This document shows positions 24,901-36,900 of a stretch of 64,000 nt of DNA, piece after piece. The stretch is from Blasia pusilla (Eukaryota). A model generated the notes under the pieces. That model made no database searches. It saw nothing but the letters and a program-made list of their open reading frames with translations, and was not told the origin of the DNA. The DNA lies in the NCBI GenBank assembly GCA_050084515.1, contig CM114271.1, positions 310,001 to 374,000 on the forward strand, in the 5' to 3' direction. A program made the translations under genes and the position numbers. Positions within the stretch are counted from its first letter, which is position 1. Every line of letters begins with the position of its first letter.

Positions 24901-27900
24901 AGTCCTAATGGGGACGAGGTGCTTCTTAGTTATAGTGGGGAGCATGTATACCTCATGGACACTTATACTGGTAAGCAGGGAATTTCTGTAGTAGGCGAAG
25001 TGATGAAGAAACTTGTAATATTTGTTGTTAGAAACTAATTTTGTGAGCGGGTCTGCCTATAGCAACATGGAAGGGAATCCAATGTTGTTAAAGGTGCAAG
25101 CAGATGTTATAACCTGGCATTTTAATTGTTCCTAGAATGATCTTGCCATCAAACTTGGATGTACCCAACTACAGAAGGATGGAGTCAGATCTTGGTTGTG
25201 AGATAAACTGCAAATTGGGAAGTTATGGTGGTTGTCGCACATAACAATTGCTGCAATGATGTGTAATTCTGCCCAGGTCAGGAGGATGGAGTGTACAGAG
25301 TAAGTGATACACCTAAACGAACTTCAGTTCTACCTATTACAAAGGGAGTGAAGGCAAGCCAACCGACGACAGCAGTTGGGGTTAATGGTCATGGTCTCAG
25401 ACGAGATTCATCTTGGGTATGTCAGAGTGACCTGTCCAGACATTCTTGTCTTATCTGTGATTGGTTTAATCACTGTTCAAAGCTCTGCAAGATGCTGACA
25501 ACATTTCCTAAATTAATTTTCTTTTTAAGTTGCTTGAGAGAATCACTTGAAGGCATTTGTTCTCACCACACATTTTTTTATAGCTAGTATTTTTTTTTAC
25601 CTGAGAAATCAATTCATTCCTAAGAAGGCATTTAGGACCAGGTAAAAGATAACTTAAAAGTTAATGTCAAGCCTTGAACAAGGATTTACTAGGGACATGT
25701 AGTGGATGGAAGTGGAGATTGTAATCAGTGTCTGGGTTGAGGCTTGACCCTTGTGCTATCAGCTTGCACCATTGGATTCTCTGCTGAAAGTATTATATGT
25801 TAATAATTGAAAGTCATTAGTTTTGCAGGTTCGGGAGTGTGAAGAGCTTTTAGAGGATGCCAGAATTTCGATGAGGTTGGCAGACAATTATCTGTATGCT
25901 GTTGAGGCAAGCAGTGAAATAATTGATGCAGGGGGCCCTGCTATTGGACCTCAGCTAAGACATGATTGTCTTTGCTTTCGAGCGTCTGCCTTTGTGAAGG
26001 TAACAGAATTCAAAATGGGGAATTCAAGGGGCTAGATTCTACCTTATTTTCAGTTTTGTTCTTGATTTGGAATCAGTCACCTCTTACATCTGAGGAAAGA
26101 TTCTCCAAGAATCGTTGTTACCTTTCCTTCGCTTGATTGTTCATAATTGTGACAAAAGTGGAAATGTTGTTTTTTTATCACAGCGAAACTGGAAAAACGA
26201 TTTTCACATGGCCATCAGAGATTGTAATGAGGCGCTTGTGATTGATCCCATGTCTGTACAAGCTTACCATAATATGGCTGAAGCTCTTTCGATGGTAATG
26301 TTGTCAAATGAACCTGCCAGTTTATGAGTAGAGTTTGATTAGAGACTAGGGCTTCATGTTGGGAACTTTAATGCTCTTGAGATGGAATGGAAGGACTACT
26401 GATTGTGTAGGGTATAAAATAAAAAAAATTCTATGTCGCAGGGTTGATTTTGTACAGATGCTTTTCATTTCTTGAGGTTTTGTAAATTATTCATCGTGGG
26501 GAATTTTTTTATCTTTGTGCAGCTTCACAGGCACAAAGAAGCACTTGAGTTTGCTGTAAGAGCTCATCAATTAGAACCATCGGATGCTAAGCTCTCTGAA
26601 CATGTAACTCTGCTACGCACGAAGTTGAAGTCAGGTGATTCCTATTTGAAGGTGGAATTACAGAGGGATAAGTTGAGGAACAGGTTTGCAGCGTTTTTGC
26701 TTTGTGTAAAAGTGAGCATATTCTTCTGGCAGTCCCAGGCCATAGTGTAGTCTGGACCTTTGCTTAAAGTCAAAATTAGTCTAGTTGCAGTGCTGAAGGC
26801 AGTTGGGAGTGCTTTAAGGCAAGTGGGAAGTGTGGGAGATAAGCCAGTACCCCAGGACTCACCCTCATGAGTAATTTAAAAAGGACATGATTGTAAGAAC
26901 AACAAATTCATCTGTTCCATTATAGGCTTAATCAGCATTGTACTATCAAACCTGCACATATATGTTTAAGAGTCACTCTCAGCTTGGATTGTTTTTACTG
27001 GATTAAGAAAGATAAGAAATGTAAGTGGCTAATCTAATGTATATATATCTCCCACTGAATTGCTTGTAGGAAATCAATTAGTCCAGCGAAACAAATCATC
27101 AGAGTACTGATCCAAGAATTGATCACACGGATCAATCGATACGAACGACCTAGATTAGATTAAAATCAATGTTCTGTTTATGACCATTGATTACTGCTAG
27201 TAACGTTTCATCTTGTGAAACGATACATAGCTATGAGACATTTCTGAAGTGACACAGTTACCGTCACGTCTTTTGATTACGGCTCTTAGTTTAGAGCAGA
27301 CTTTACTACTTATGTATTGGCTTTTCAATCTATCAATACAGAGAACACAGAGAGTACAAACGCAATTTCAATTCATTCCGCAATTCTCACATGGTATCAG
27401 AGCCTGGTCGCTAGTCACTACTTTTACAATTTTCAAGAAAGGATTGGAATTTGAGGGACGCTTCAACATTCCTAGAGTAGAGGGGACGCCTTCTGCTCAA
27501 ATGCCTTTCTCGTTTCTGATTGCTTGGTGGCTGCAGACTTCCGATTCTTACGAATTCGAAGTCCTTGACCCGTTTCCTATCATTTTCATCAATTCACGAT
27601 GGTGAATTCTAACATGTTCCTCAAAATTGACGACATCCTGAAATTTGACGGGACCTATTTCTATATCTGGCGATTGCGCATGAGATTGTACCTTGATGCC
27701 GAAGATTTAGTAGGCATCGTAGAAGGAACAACTCCAAAGCCAGCAGCGGCTACCGCTCCTGCCACCGGCGCTGGGAGTGTCCACGAATGGGAGATTCTCA
27801 ACCGAATTGCCTTATCCTTCATAGCAAATCGTTTAGACAATTCGCAAGTTCATCATATCAGTTCCGCTACGACTGCAGTGTTGAAATTGCAACTGTAAGA

Positions 27901-30900
27901 TCTGTTTTTTTACTATGAAAAGTTACTTTTTTTATCTATAGGTAAAATTCTATTTTTAGGTTTATTTACTAGACCTTTAGGTTTTCGCAATAGCCCTTTT
28001 AGTCTTAGTTAAAAACCTTTAGGGTTTTCATAATAGCCTCCTTTAGCCTTAGTTAAAGACTTTTAGGGTTTAAGATAGCCAGGGGCTATCCTATCAGAGC
28101 AAGAGGCTTACCAGAGCACTCTTATTCTCTTCTCTACTTTCCCAGCTCCTAGACCTGCGAACTTCATGATTGCTGCCCCTCAGCTTGGGTGCCTGACCTA
28201 TTGTGATAGAAGGAGTTGATGTTTTGGAGGACCTGCTGCTGGAGGAGATAGTGTGCTGCCTGAAAAGGCATCCACAGTGTAGAGAGTCTCTTCTTCCTAT
28301 AGGGAGGAAGTTTATGAGTAGTAGATCAATCAGATCTCTCTCATATTTTTGTAAGTACAGAGTTTCCTTTTCTTATTTGACCTCTGTGAAGCTATTCCAT
28401 GTATGTGTAATCTGCTGTAACTTCTTGGAGCTTGGAGAAACAAATTAGCTCTGTAATCAAAGTCAGTATTTGTTTACTCCTGTTTTTCTTTTATGCAGCG
28501 GAAGCCTGGACGAAATTAGATTCTTTATACCAAGCCCAGGACGCTGTCACAAAAATGTATGTGCAAGATGAATTGCAGACTCTTAAGATGAAAGAAGGCG
28601 ATAGTGTTACCAAACATGTCCATCAATTTAGGACATTGATTGATCAACTCCACGCTGCTGGATCGGTGACTACTGATGAAAATCAGTATCTTGCATTGAT
28701 GCGATCAATGCCCAATAGTTACCGCAACTTATTGACCTCATTGCTAGGTCAGAGTAACCTTACTTTGCAATCTGTGATCACTTTCCTTCTTAGGGAGGAG
28801 AAAATGATGAAGACGCAGACTGCTGAACCGTCCTCAGCTTTTTTTGTTGGACGAGGTTCTGCCCCTTTTCAATCGAAGTCCAAATTCGGCAAATTCGAGG
28901 CAAGGGGGCTCCTTCAGAGGTTACGGTCGAGGCAAAGCTCCTCAGAAAGGCTTTGGTCCTTTCAAATCAGGATTTGTTCCTGCTTCTATGACGATTCCAC
29001 ACGGCGAATCGTCCAATCATCCAGCTGATTGGCAGGCTTCATCCTCCAATCAGCAGAACACTTACAAGAAAATGAAGTGTTTCTACTGCAATTTGCAGGG
29101 GCATCATATTAAAGATTGCCGAAAACGTCTTGCAGATCAGCAAATGCAGTCCAGATTGTCTGCTCCAAAAGCGAATTTTACGTCTCATCTCTTCTTTACC
29201 GTTGCCTATTCAACTTCGGCTTCAGATATTCAAGATAACACATGGTATCTTGATACCGGTGCTACTCATCATATGGCCTTCTCCAGTGATTACTTTTCCA
29301 ATTACACTCCGTATGACAAATCTTCGTATGTTTTCCTAGGTGATAACTCTAGTCTGGAGATAAAAGGATCTGAACACGTTGAGATCCTTCTGACTAATGG
29401 TATCCGATACATTCTTCGGAATGTTCTCTTTATACCAAGCTTGAAGAAAAATCTTTTCTCAGTCAAGCAACTAGACACTTCAGGAGGATCTGCCTTGATT
29501 CACAACGGAAAGTGCATACTCCGTGATTCTACAGACCAGATCATCACAACATGTTATTTAATCAATGATTTGTACAAACTCGGAGAAGTTGTCCTTCCAC
29601 CCTCCCGATTTTCTCCCATTACAGCTGCCACTGCGATTCTTCCCACGATCGCTGATCTGTGGCATCACTGTTTGGGTCACATCAGCTCCGCTCGTGTTTC
29701 TCAACTTCAAAATCAGCAAATGGCTGGCGGACTTCCATGGCATAATCCCTCTCAGATTTCTTGATGTCGAGCCTGCCTACATGGCAAGCAGACTCGCAAA
29801 CCTTTTTCTAACACTTCTCCAGTCTATAGAGCTCTCAATGTTTTAGAATTAATTCATACAGATATTTGCGGGCCTATATCTCCCCCTACTCATTTGGGTT
29901 TTCGTTATTTCATGGTCTTTATTGACGATTTCTCCCGGTATACTACTGTTTACCTCCTCCATTACAAATCCGAAGGTTTTTCCCGTTTCACTCAATTTGG
30001 GGCTAATGTAGAGACACAACATCAACCTCGACGCATTCAGACATTGGGATCTGACAATGGTGGGGAATTTAAGTCATCTGTTTTCTTAGACTTCTGCCAT
30101 TCTCGAGGAATCTCCAGGCAGTTCACTGTTCCCCACACACCACAGCAAAATGGTGTTTCAGAATGTAAGAACAGAACTCTTTCTAATTCGTCCGTTCTAC
30201 GCTTTTCCATTCTGCTCTCCCCAAGACTTATTGGGGTGAAGCTTTGGTCACTGCTAATTATTTGCAAAATCGTCTTCCGAGCAAAGCATTGCCACTTTCC
30301 AAAACACCCTATGAGTTATGGTTTAATTGTAAACCTGTGTTATCTCATCTTCGTATTTTTGGAAGCCCTGCATTTGCTAAAATGAATGATCCTCATTCAA
30401 AGCTGGATTTTCGCACTGAGGAATGCATTTTCCTTGGTTACAGTGACCAAAGCAAAGCCTTGCGTCTCGAGAGACTGAGAGACAAAACTATCATTCTCTC
30501 CCGTGATGCTGTAGTTCTTGGAGATCAGACTGCTCAGACCACTCCATCTTTCGCTTCTTCTGATGCAGAAGATCTGGCTATCAGATCTGATCCTCTATTT
30601 TTCCGCTCATCCCCTAATCCTCAAACTTCCATGCCTATTCCTGCTACTTCCCCGATTATTCCCTCAGTGGGAACTCCCTCTCCTTCCATGTGATCTTCAG
30701 CGGGAGTTCAACCTTTTTCAAGTCCGCCACAGCCAGAGGATATGCCTTCACCAACGGTCTCTTCCACTGCACACCCCGTACTTGGTCATGGGCGTACCCA
30801 TCTTTACTATGAAAGAAGACAACGAGCTCCTACTCCTCCTCTTGCTCAAAGAAAAAGTCCTCGCATTACTCGGGCTGTTGAGCGTTACGATGCACTTATT

Positions 30901-33900
30901 GAAGCTGAGAAGAACAAGAAGCGAGCTGCAGATAAGCGTTGGGCCTTGCTCTCTTCTACTAGTTCTTTTCTTGAACCCCAATCTTATGAAGAGGCTATCT
31001 CTGGACCTGACTCTTCACATTGGAAGGCTGCCATTTTTGCTGAACTTCAGAATATGGCTAGAATGAAGGCTTGGACTTTGGTTCCCCTTCCTCCTAATCA
31101 GAGCACCGTTGGTTGCCGTTGGGTTTTTAAAATTAAACCTCATGTGGATGGCACCATCCACAAGTACAAAGCCCGTCTGGTTGCTAAAGGATTTACTCAA
31201 GTTCCTGATCTTGATTATGACGAGACCTTTTCTCCTACTGTTAAACTTCAATCTCTTTGTATTCTAATTGCTATCGCTGCTTATTTCAACCTGGACTTAC
31301 ATCAATTAGATGTAATCGCTGCTTTTCTATGTGGATTCCTGCAACACAAGATCTACATGGCCCTTCCTCCAGGCTTGCCAGTTCCCCATAATAACTTGGT
31401 CTGCCTTCTCGAAAGGTCCATTTATGGTTTGAAGCAATCAGCCCGTATGTGGTATGAACGCTGTCACTATGTTTTACTCGACATTGGTTTTGTCAGCACC
31501 ACTGCTGACTCTAATATTTACATTCTGAACAAGGACTCCAGTTTTCTGATCCTTGCTCTCTATGTAGATGACACTGTCATCGCCAGCTCCAGTTCTGCGC
31601 TGCTTCATTTTGTCAAAACGAAGCTCCGCCAAGAGTTTGAAATGACTGATCTCGGTGAAGCTTATCATTTTCTGGGAATTCATATCCAACGAGACCAACA
31701 ACAAGGATGCATCAGGCTCAACCAGACGACTCACATCACCAACAAGCTCAAACAGTTCAACATGCTGGGCTGCAAACCTATCTCCACTCCCTTTGATTAT
31801 GGCCTTCATCTTAGTCAAGATCAATCTCCTGTTCATCCTGCTGACATTGGAGCAATGTCTTCTATTCCTTATAAAAGTGCTACAGGCAGTTTAATGTGGG
31901 CAATGGTGTGCACTCGCCCGATATTGCCTATTCTGTTAGCACTGTTGCACAGTTCATGACCAATCCTGGTCCTATACACTGGACTGCTGTCAAACGTATT
32001 TTCAGGTATCTCCAAGGGACAAAACATTACTTTCTCCAATATCAGCGCTCATCTACTCCTTTTCATCTTCAAGGATATTCTGATGCTGCCTATGGAGACA
32101 ATATGGACTCCCGAAAATCTACTAGCGGATTTTGCTTTCTCGTTGCAGGAGGAGCAATTCGTTGGGCAAGTAGAAAACAAAAGTCAGTTGCTCTTTCAAG
32201 TACCGAGTCTGAGTACATTGCAATGACTAAAACTAGCACTGAAGCTATTTAGATCAGAAGATTACTTTACGAAATTGGTTTTGCTCAGAAGATAACTGGG
32301 ATCTTCTGTGACAACCAAAGTGCTATTGCTTTGGTCAGTTCTACAAAACATCATGACGGCACCAAACACATCGACATTCAATACCGCTATATCAAAGATC
32401 AAGTATCAAGTGGCGAAATTATTTTGACCTATATTTCAACTGCAGAGATGACTGCAGACATTTTTACTAAGGGTTTACAGAAAGGACCTCATCAGAAACA
32501 TACTAAATCTCTAGGGTTAACTAGTAATGAAAATGGCTGATTTGTTCCCCTGAGTGGGAGTGTAGGAAATCAATTAGTCCAGCGAAACAAATCATCAGAG
32601 TACTGATCCAAGAATTGATCACATGGATCAATCCATACGAACGATCTAGATTCGATTAAAATCAATGTTCTGTTTATGACCATTGATTACTGCTAGTAAC
32701 GTTTCATCTTGCGAAACGATACATAGCTATGAGACATTTCTGAAGTGACACAGTTACCGTCAGTTTTTTGATTACGGCTCTTAGTTTAAAGCAGACTTTA
32801 CTACTTATGTATCGGCTTTTCAATCTATCAATACAGAGAACACAGAGAGTACAAACGCAATTTCACTTCATTCTGCAATTCTCACATTGCTCTCCTACAA
32901 CGTATTGTTTTCTTCTTTATTGAGCCTTTTTTTAAGAATGTGAGGAAGGATATGTTTGATTGTGCATGTTTGACTTGTGCATATGCTATAAGAGAAAGAA
33001 GGATTTGACGTCCAGATGGCTTATCTTGGAATTCTAGCAGAAGGTATCTGAAAGTTGAATTGGAGTTTATGAGAAAATGATTGACCAGCAGAAGTATCTC
33101 CTTGTACAAAGTCAGAGCTAGCATCAGCTAGACCATCCATGATTTCAGCTTGTACACAATCAGCAAATCAGTTCCTATCTCTATTGCCAAATCAGAGCCC
33201 TACCATGATGTGACTCTTCTTACTATCTAAGAGATACTAAGAAGGATTCTACAGTCACACCTTGCACTCACACTACAGGTCCTCACATGTCACCAGCTCA
33301 GAGATCAGACATGGCTCACCATTGAGCACAAACAATCTCCATCAGCATACTAGACAAAACAACCTGCCTTCCAGTGAGGCTCTAGCAAGCACAGCAATTA
33401 GTCTCAATCTCCTCTTCCTACTCTCTGATCACTCTGCAGCAGGACCAAGAGACTCAGGAGTCCTCACCAAAACTGTGCATGCTGTAGAATTGACTTCTGC
33501 TCTCTAAACAGAGACATTATATACATGAGGGAGAGCACTTCTGGCCCTTAGATCTTCTTGAACAGATCCATACCCTAAATAACAGATGGTGGCTAGCCCT
33601 AACTCGAGAATTTCCCTAATTCAAGGTTACCCTAAAAAGATAGAGGAACACTAAGTTATCTCTAGCTAACTAAATTAGTATCCAACTAAGTTAGTATTTG
33701 ACTAACTACTTTTAGGGCATGACTAAACTTAATATTAACAAATTTCAACAGTTTTGATGTCCAGATTATGAAGAGGGTTTGATCTTAAGACATGCAAACG
33801 TTCTATGAGTGTCATGTGTACTATTTTTAAGTTTGTTTTCTGTTATCCTTCATTGTGCCGGGAATTCAAAGTGATCCTCATGAAAATTTGTCGGCAATGT

Positions 33901-36900
33901 TTGTGGAAAACCAAGTTCAGCAGGAAGCTGTTGGAGTATGAGAACCATGTAGTAGCCTTGCTGAGAGCTATAATTTCGTTGTCTGTGGTTAATTGCCTAG
34001 TAACAGTTTCCTTCCTTTAGGCCGGATGTACCTTACCAGCTGCCATGGTAAGAGGGAATCTAGAAATCGATAATTTGTTTGCATGATGCAAACAATGTCA
34101 GCGTATGGATGAAGGATGAAATCATGTGAATGAATGAAAAATAGATTTTTTGTCCACGGGGACCCCACAGGGCCATGGGACTTAGTTTTGAGACTTAACA
34201 ACAATTTTGGAGAGAGAGCAAGCACCAGCGAGGGCCTTAAGGGTCCTCAGAGCCAGGTGAGTGTCCCTGGTCTTCACACAACTATGCAAGAATTTAGCAA
34301 TCTGAGTCTGATTCTGCCTAGTCATGAACGGGAGGACCCTGGGAGCTCTGTGAACAAAGAGATCCGGGAAGTCAAGCCTAATGTGATCGTGAAAGGTGCA
34401 GTCGAAGAGGTAGTGATGTTCATCATCAACAAGCCCCGAGTTGCAAAATCTACATAATCTGTCCTCTCTTTTCTTCTGTGAGAATTTTCCTTTCTCAATC
34501 TCCAGGTCAGTAGAGCCACATCTGAATCTTGCTAATGTATGATGTAACTTAGTGGGAATGGGGGCAGAGATGTAGGAGGCTTGCTGCATGGATCTGCAGT
34601 TGTTCATGAGGGTGTGGTAGCGCCTCATTCTTTCACCATTTTTGTGAGAGGAATTCCCCCTGCTTTCCCAGAGGCGCTGGTGTCGGCCCCAGTTGATGGC
34701 AATGTAATTGTTGTGTAATTGTTCAGCAAGGTCCTGGTGGGTGGCCGTAGGCAGGTCACCGATGGATATTCCCCATTTCATGAGCCACTCCGTGCAGTCA
34801 TAGTACCAATTTTTAGCCCCAAGGGTGGCACTACTTTTTGAAACCACGTAGGCCCTGGCGGATAGACGATTGGGATGGTCCCTGAGATATCCTCAAGGTG
34901 TTGGAGAAATGTGATCAGATTCTTAACAGCATGGATCTCCATTGGTACCTCCCCAAACTCAGCCAATAGAATGTCGTGGGGAGTGGTTTTCCTAATGCCC
35001 AGACTCTGACGCATGAAGAGTTTCTGGGGGGCCTCAAGGCCCTGGGGCCAAGCCTTGGAGCTGGGGCCCCACACTTCAGATGCATAGAGTGTGGCTGGGA
35101 TCACCAGAGCTTTGGAGAGATGGAGTTTCTGTGGAATATGCCAGAGTTCCATTCTTCTGCAATTGGATTGTAGCAGGTGTAGACCCCTCAAGCCTGCATT
35201 GATCTTGTTACGACTCCCATTAGCTCTCCATTGGTTGTTGGGTTTGAGTTGCACCCCCAGGTATATGTACTCACCCACAATCTCAAAGATCTCCCTTCTC
35301 ATTCCCTGGCTGAAGGTGAAAGTGTGTGACCGCTGCGCCGTAGGGAGCTGTGATCCAAAGATGATTATCTTCGTTTTCAGCAAGTTGACTTCCATGCCCG
35401 ATTTGTTGCAGAAGCTTGAAAGTGCATTCAGGTAAAGTTGGAGCCCATGTGCTGTTCTAGACATCAGAACTATATCATCTGCATACAGGAGCAGGGGGAT
35501 GAGGCAGTGTGCTAGCTCTGGTGGATCTCCATTCACTCCAGAAAGCACCTCTTCAAGTTCGTCAATGTAGAGCCCAAACAATGTAGGTGAGAGGGGGCAT
35601 CCTTGTTTGATTCGGTGTTGGAATAAAAGAAAAACAGGAGTAAACAAATACTGACTTTGATTACAGAGCTAATTTGTTTCTCCAGGCTCCAAGAAGTTAC
35701 AGCAGATTACAGATACATGGAATAGCTTCACAGACATGTTTGGTAACACTATCGCCTTCTTTCATCTTAAGAGTCTGCAATTCATCTTGCACATACATTT
35801 TTGTGACAGCGTCCTGGGCTTGGTATAAAGAATCTAATTTCGTCCAGGCTTCCGCTGCATAAAAGAAAAACAGGAGTAAACAAATACTGACTTTGATTAC
35901 AGAGCTAATTTGTTTCTCCAAGCTCCAAGAAGTTACAGCAGATTACACATACATGGAATAGCTTCATAGAGGTCAAATAAGAAAAGGAAACTCTGTACTT
36001 ACAAAAACATGAGAGAGATCTGATTGATCTACTACTCATAAACTTCCTCCCTATAGGAAGAAGAGACTCTCTACACTGTGGATGCCTTTTCAGGCAGCAC
36101 ACTATCTCCTCCAGCAGCAGGTCCTCCAAAACATCAACTCCTTCTATCACAATAGGTCAGGCACCCAAGCTGAGGGGCAGCAATCATGAAGTTCGCAGGT
36201 CTAGGAGCTTGGAAAGTAGAGAAGGGAATAAGAGTGCTCTGGTAAGCCTCTTGCTCTTATAGGATAGCCCCTGGCTATCTTAAACCCTAAAAGTCTTTAA
36301 CTAAGGCTAAAGGAGGCTATTATGAAACCCTAAAGGTTTTTAACTAAGACTAAAAGGGCTATTGCGAAAACCTAAAGGTCTAGTTAATAAACCTAAAAAT
36401 AGAATTTTACCTATAGATAGAAAAAGTAACTTTTCATAGTAAAAACAGATTTTTTTGTTCCTGATCTTACAGTTGCAATTTCAACACTCCCACTCAACAT
36501 GAGTTCAGGTGTATTCCAATTAACTCCATGCACCTTAGGTGTTTAACCTTGGTGAGAGATTTTGTGAACACGTCAGCTGCCATGTCCTGTGTTGCACAGT
36601 GTTCTAATTCAATTTCCACTCCAACCTTTTCCCGTATAAATTGATGTTGTATATCAATGTGCTTTGTCGTCGCATGGTGTATCGGATTCTTGGTTAGATC
36701 AATACTGCCCCGATAAATAGCATACACTTTTGTAGGTCTTGCTTGATGGCATCCAAAACCATCAAGGAGGCGTCTAAGCCATATTGCCTCCTTGGCAGCA
36801 TGTGTTAGGGCCATGTATTCTGCTTCACATGTGGAAAGTGCTACGGTGGATTGTCTCTTGCTGCTCCAACTAATAGCTCCTCCACACAGCAAGTAGCAAT

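Noticed and set aside
28203-28448. 81-aa ORF MIEGVDVLED... (also at 35905-36150)
   Set aside because: It lies within LTR B, starts at GTG and has no recognisable domain.
33262-33507. 81-aa ORF (MHSxYRSSHV...) repeated at 40883, 49501 and 53018, as a possible small gene family
   Set aside because: Each copy lies inside LTR C, starts at TTG, and is conserved only because the LTRs are recent duplicates.
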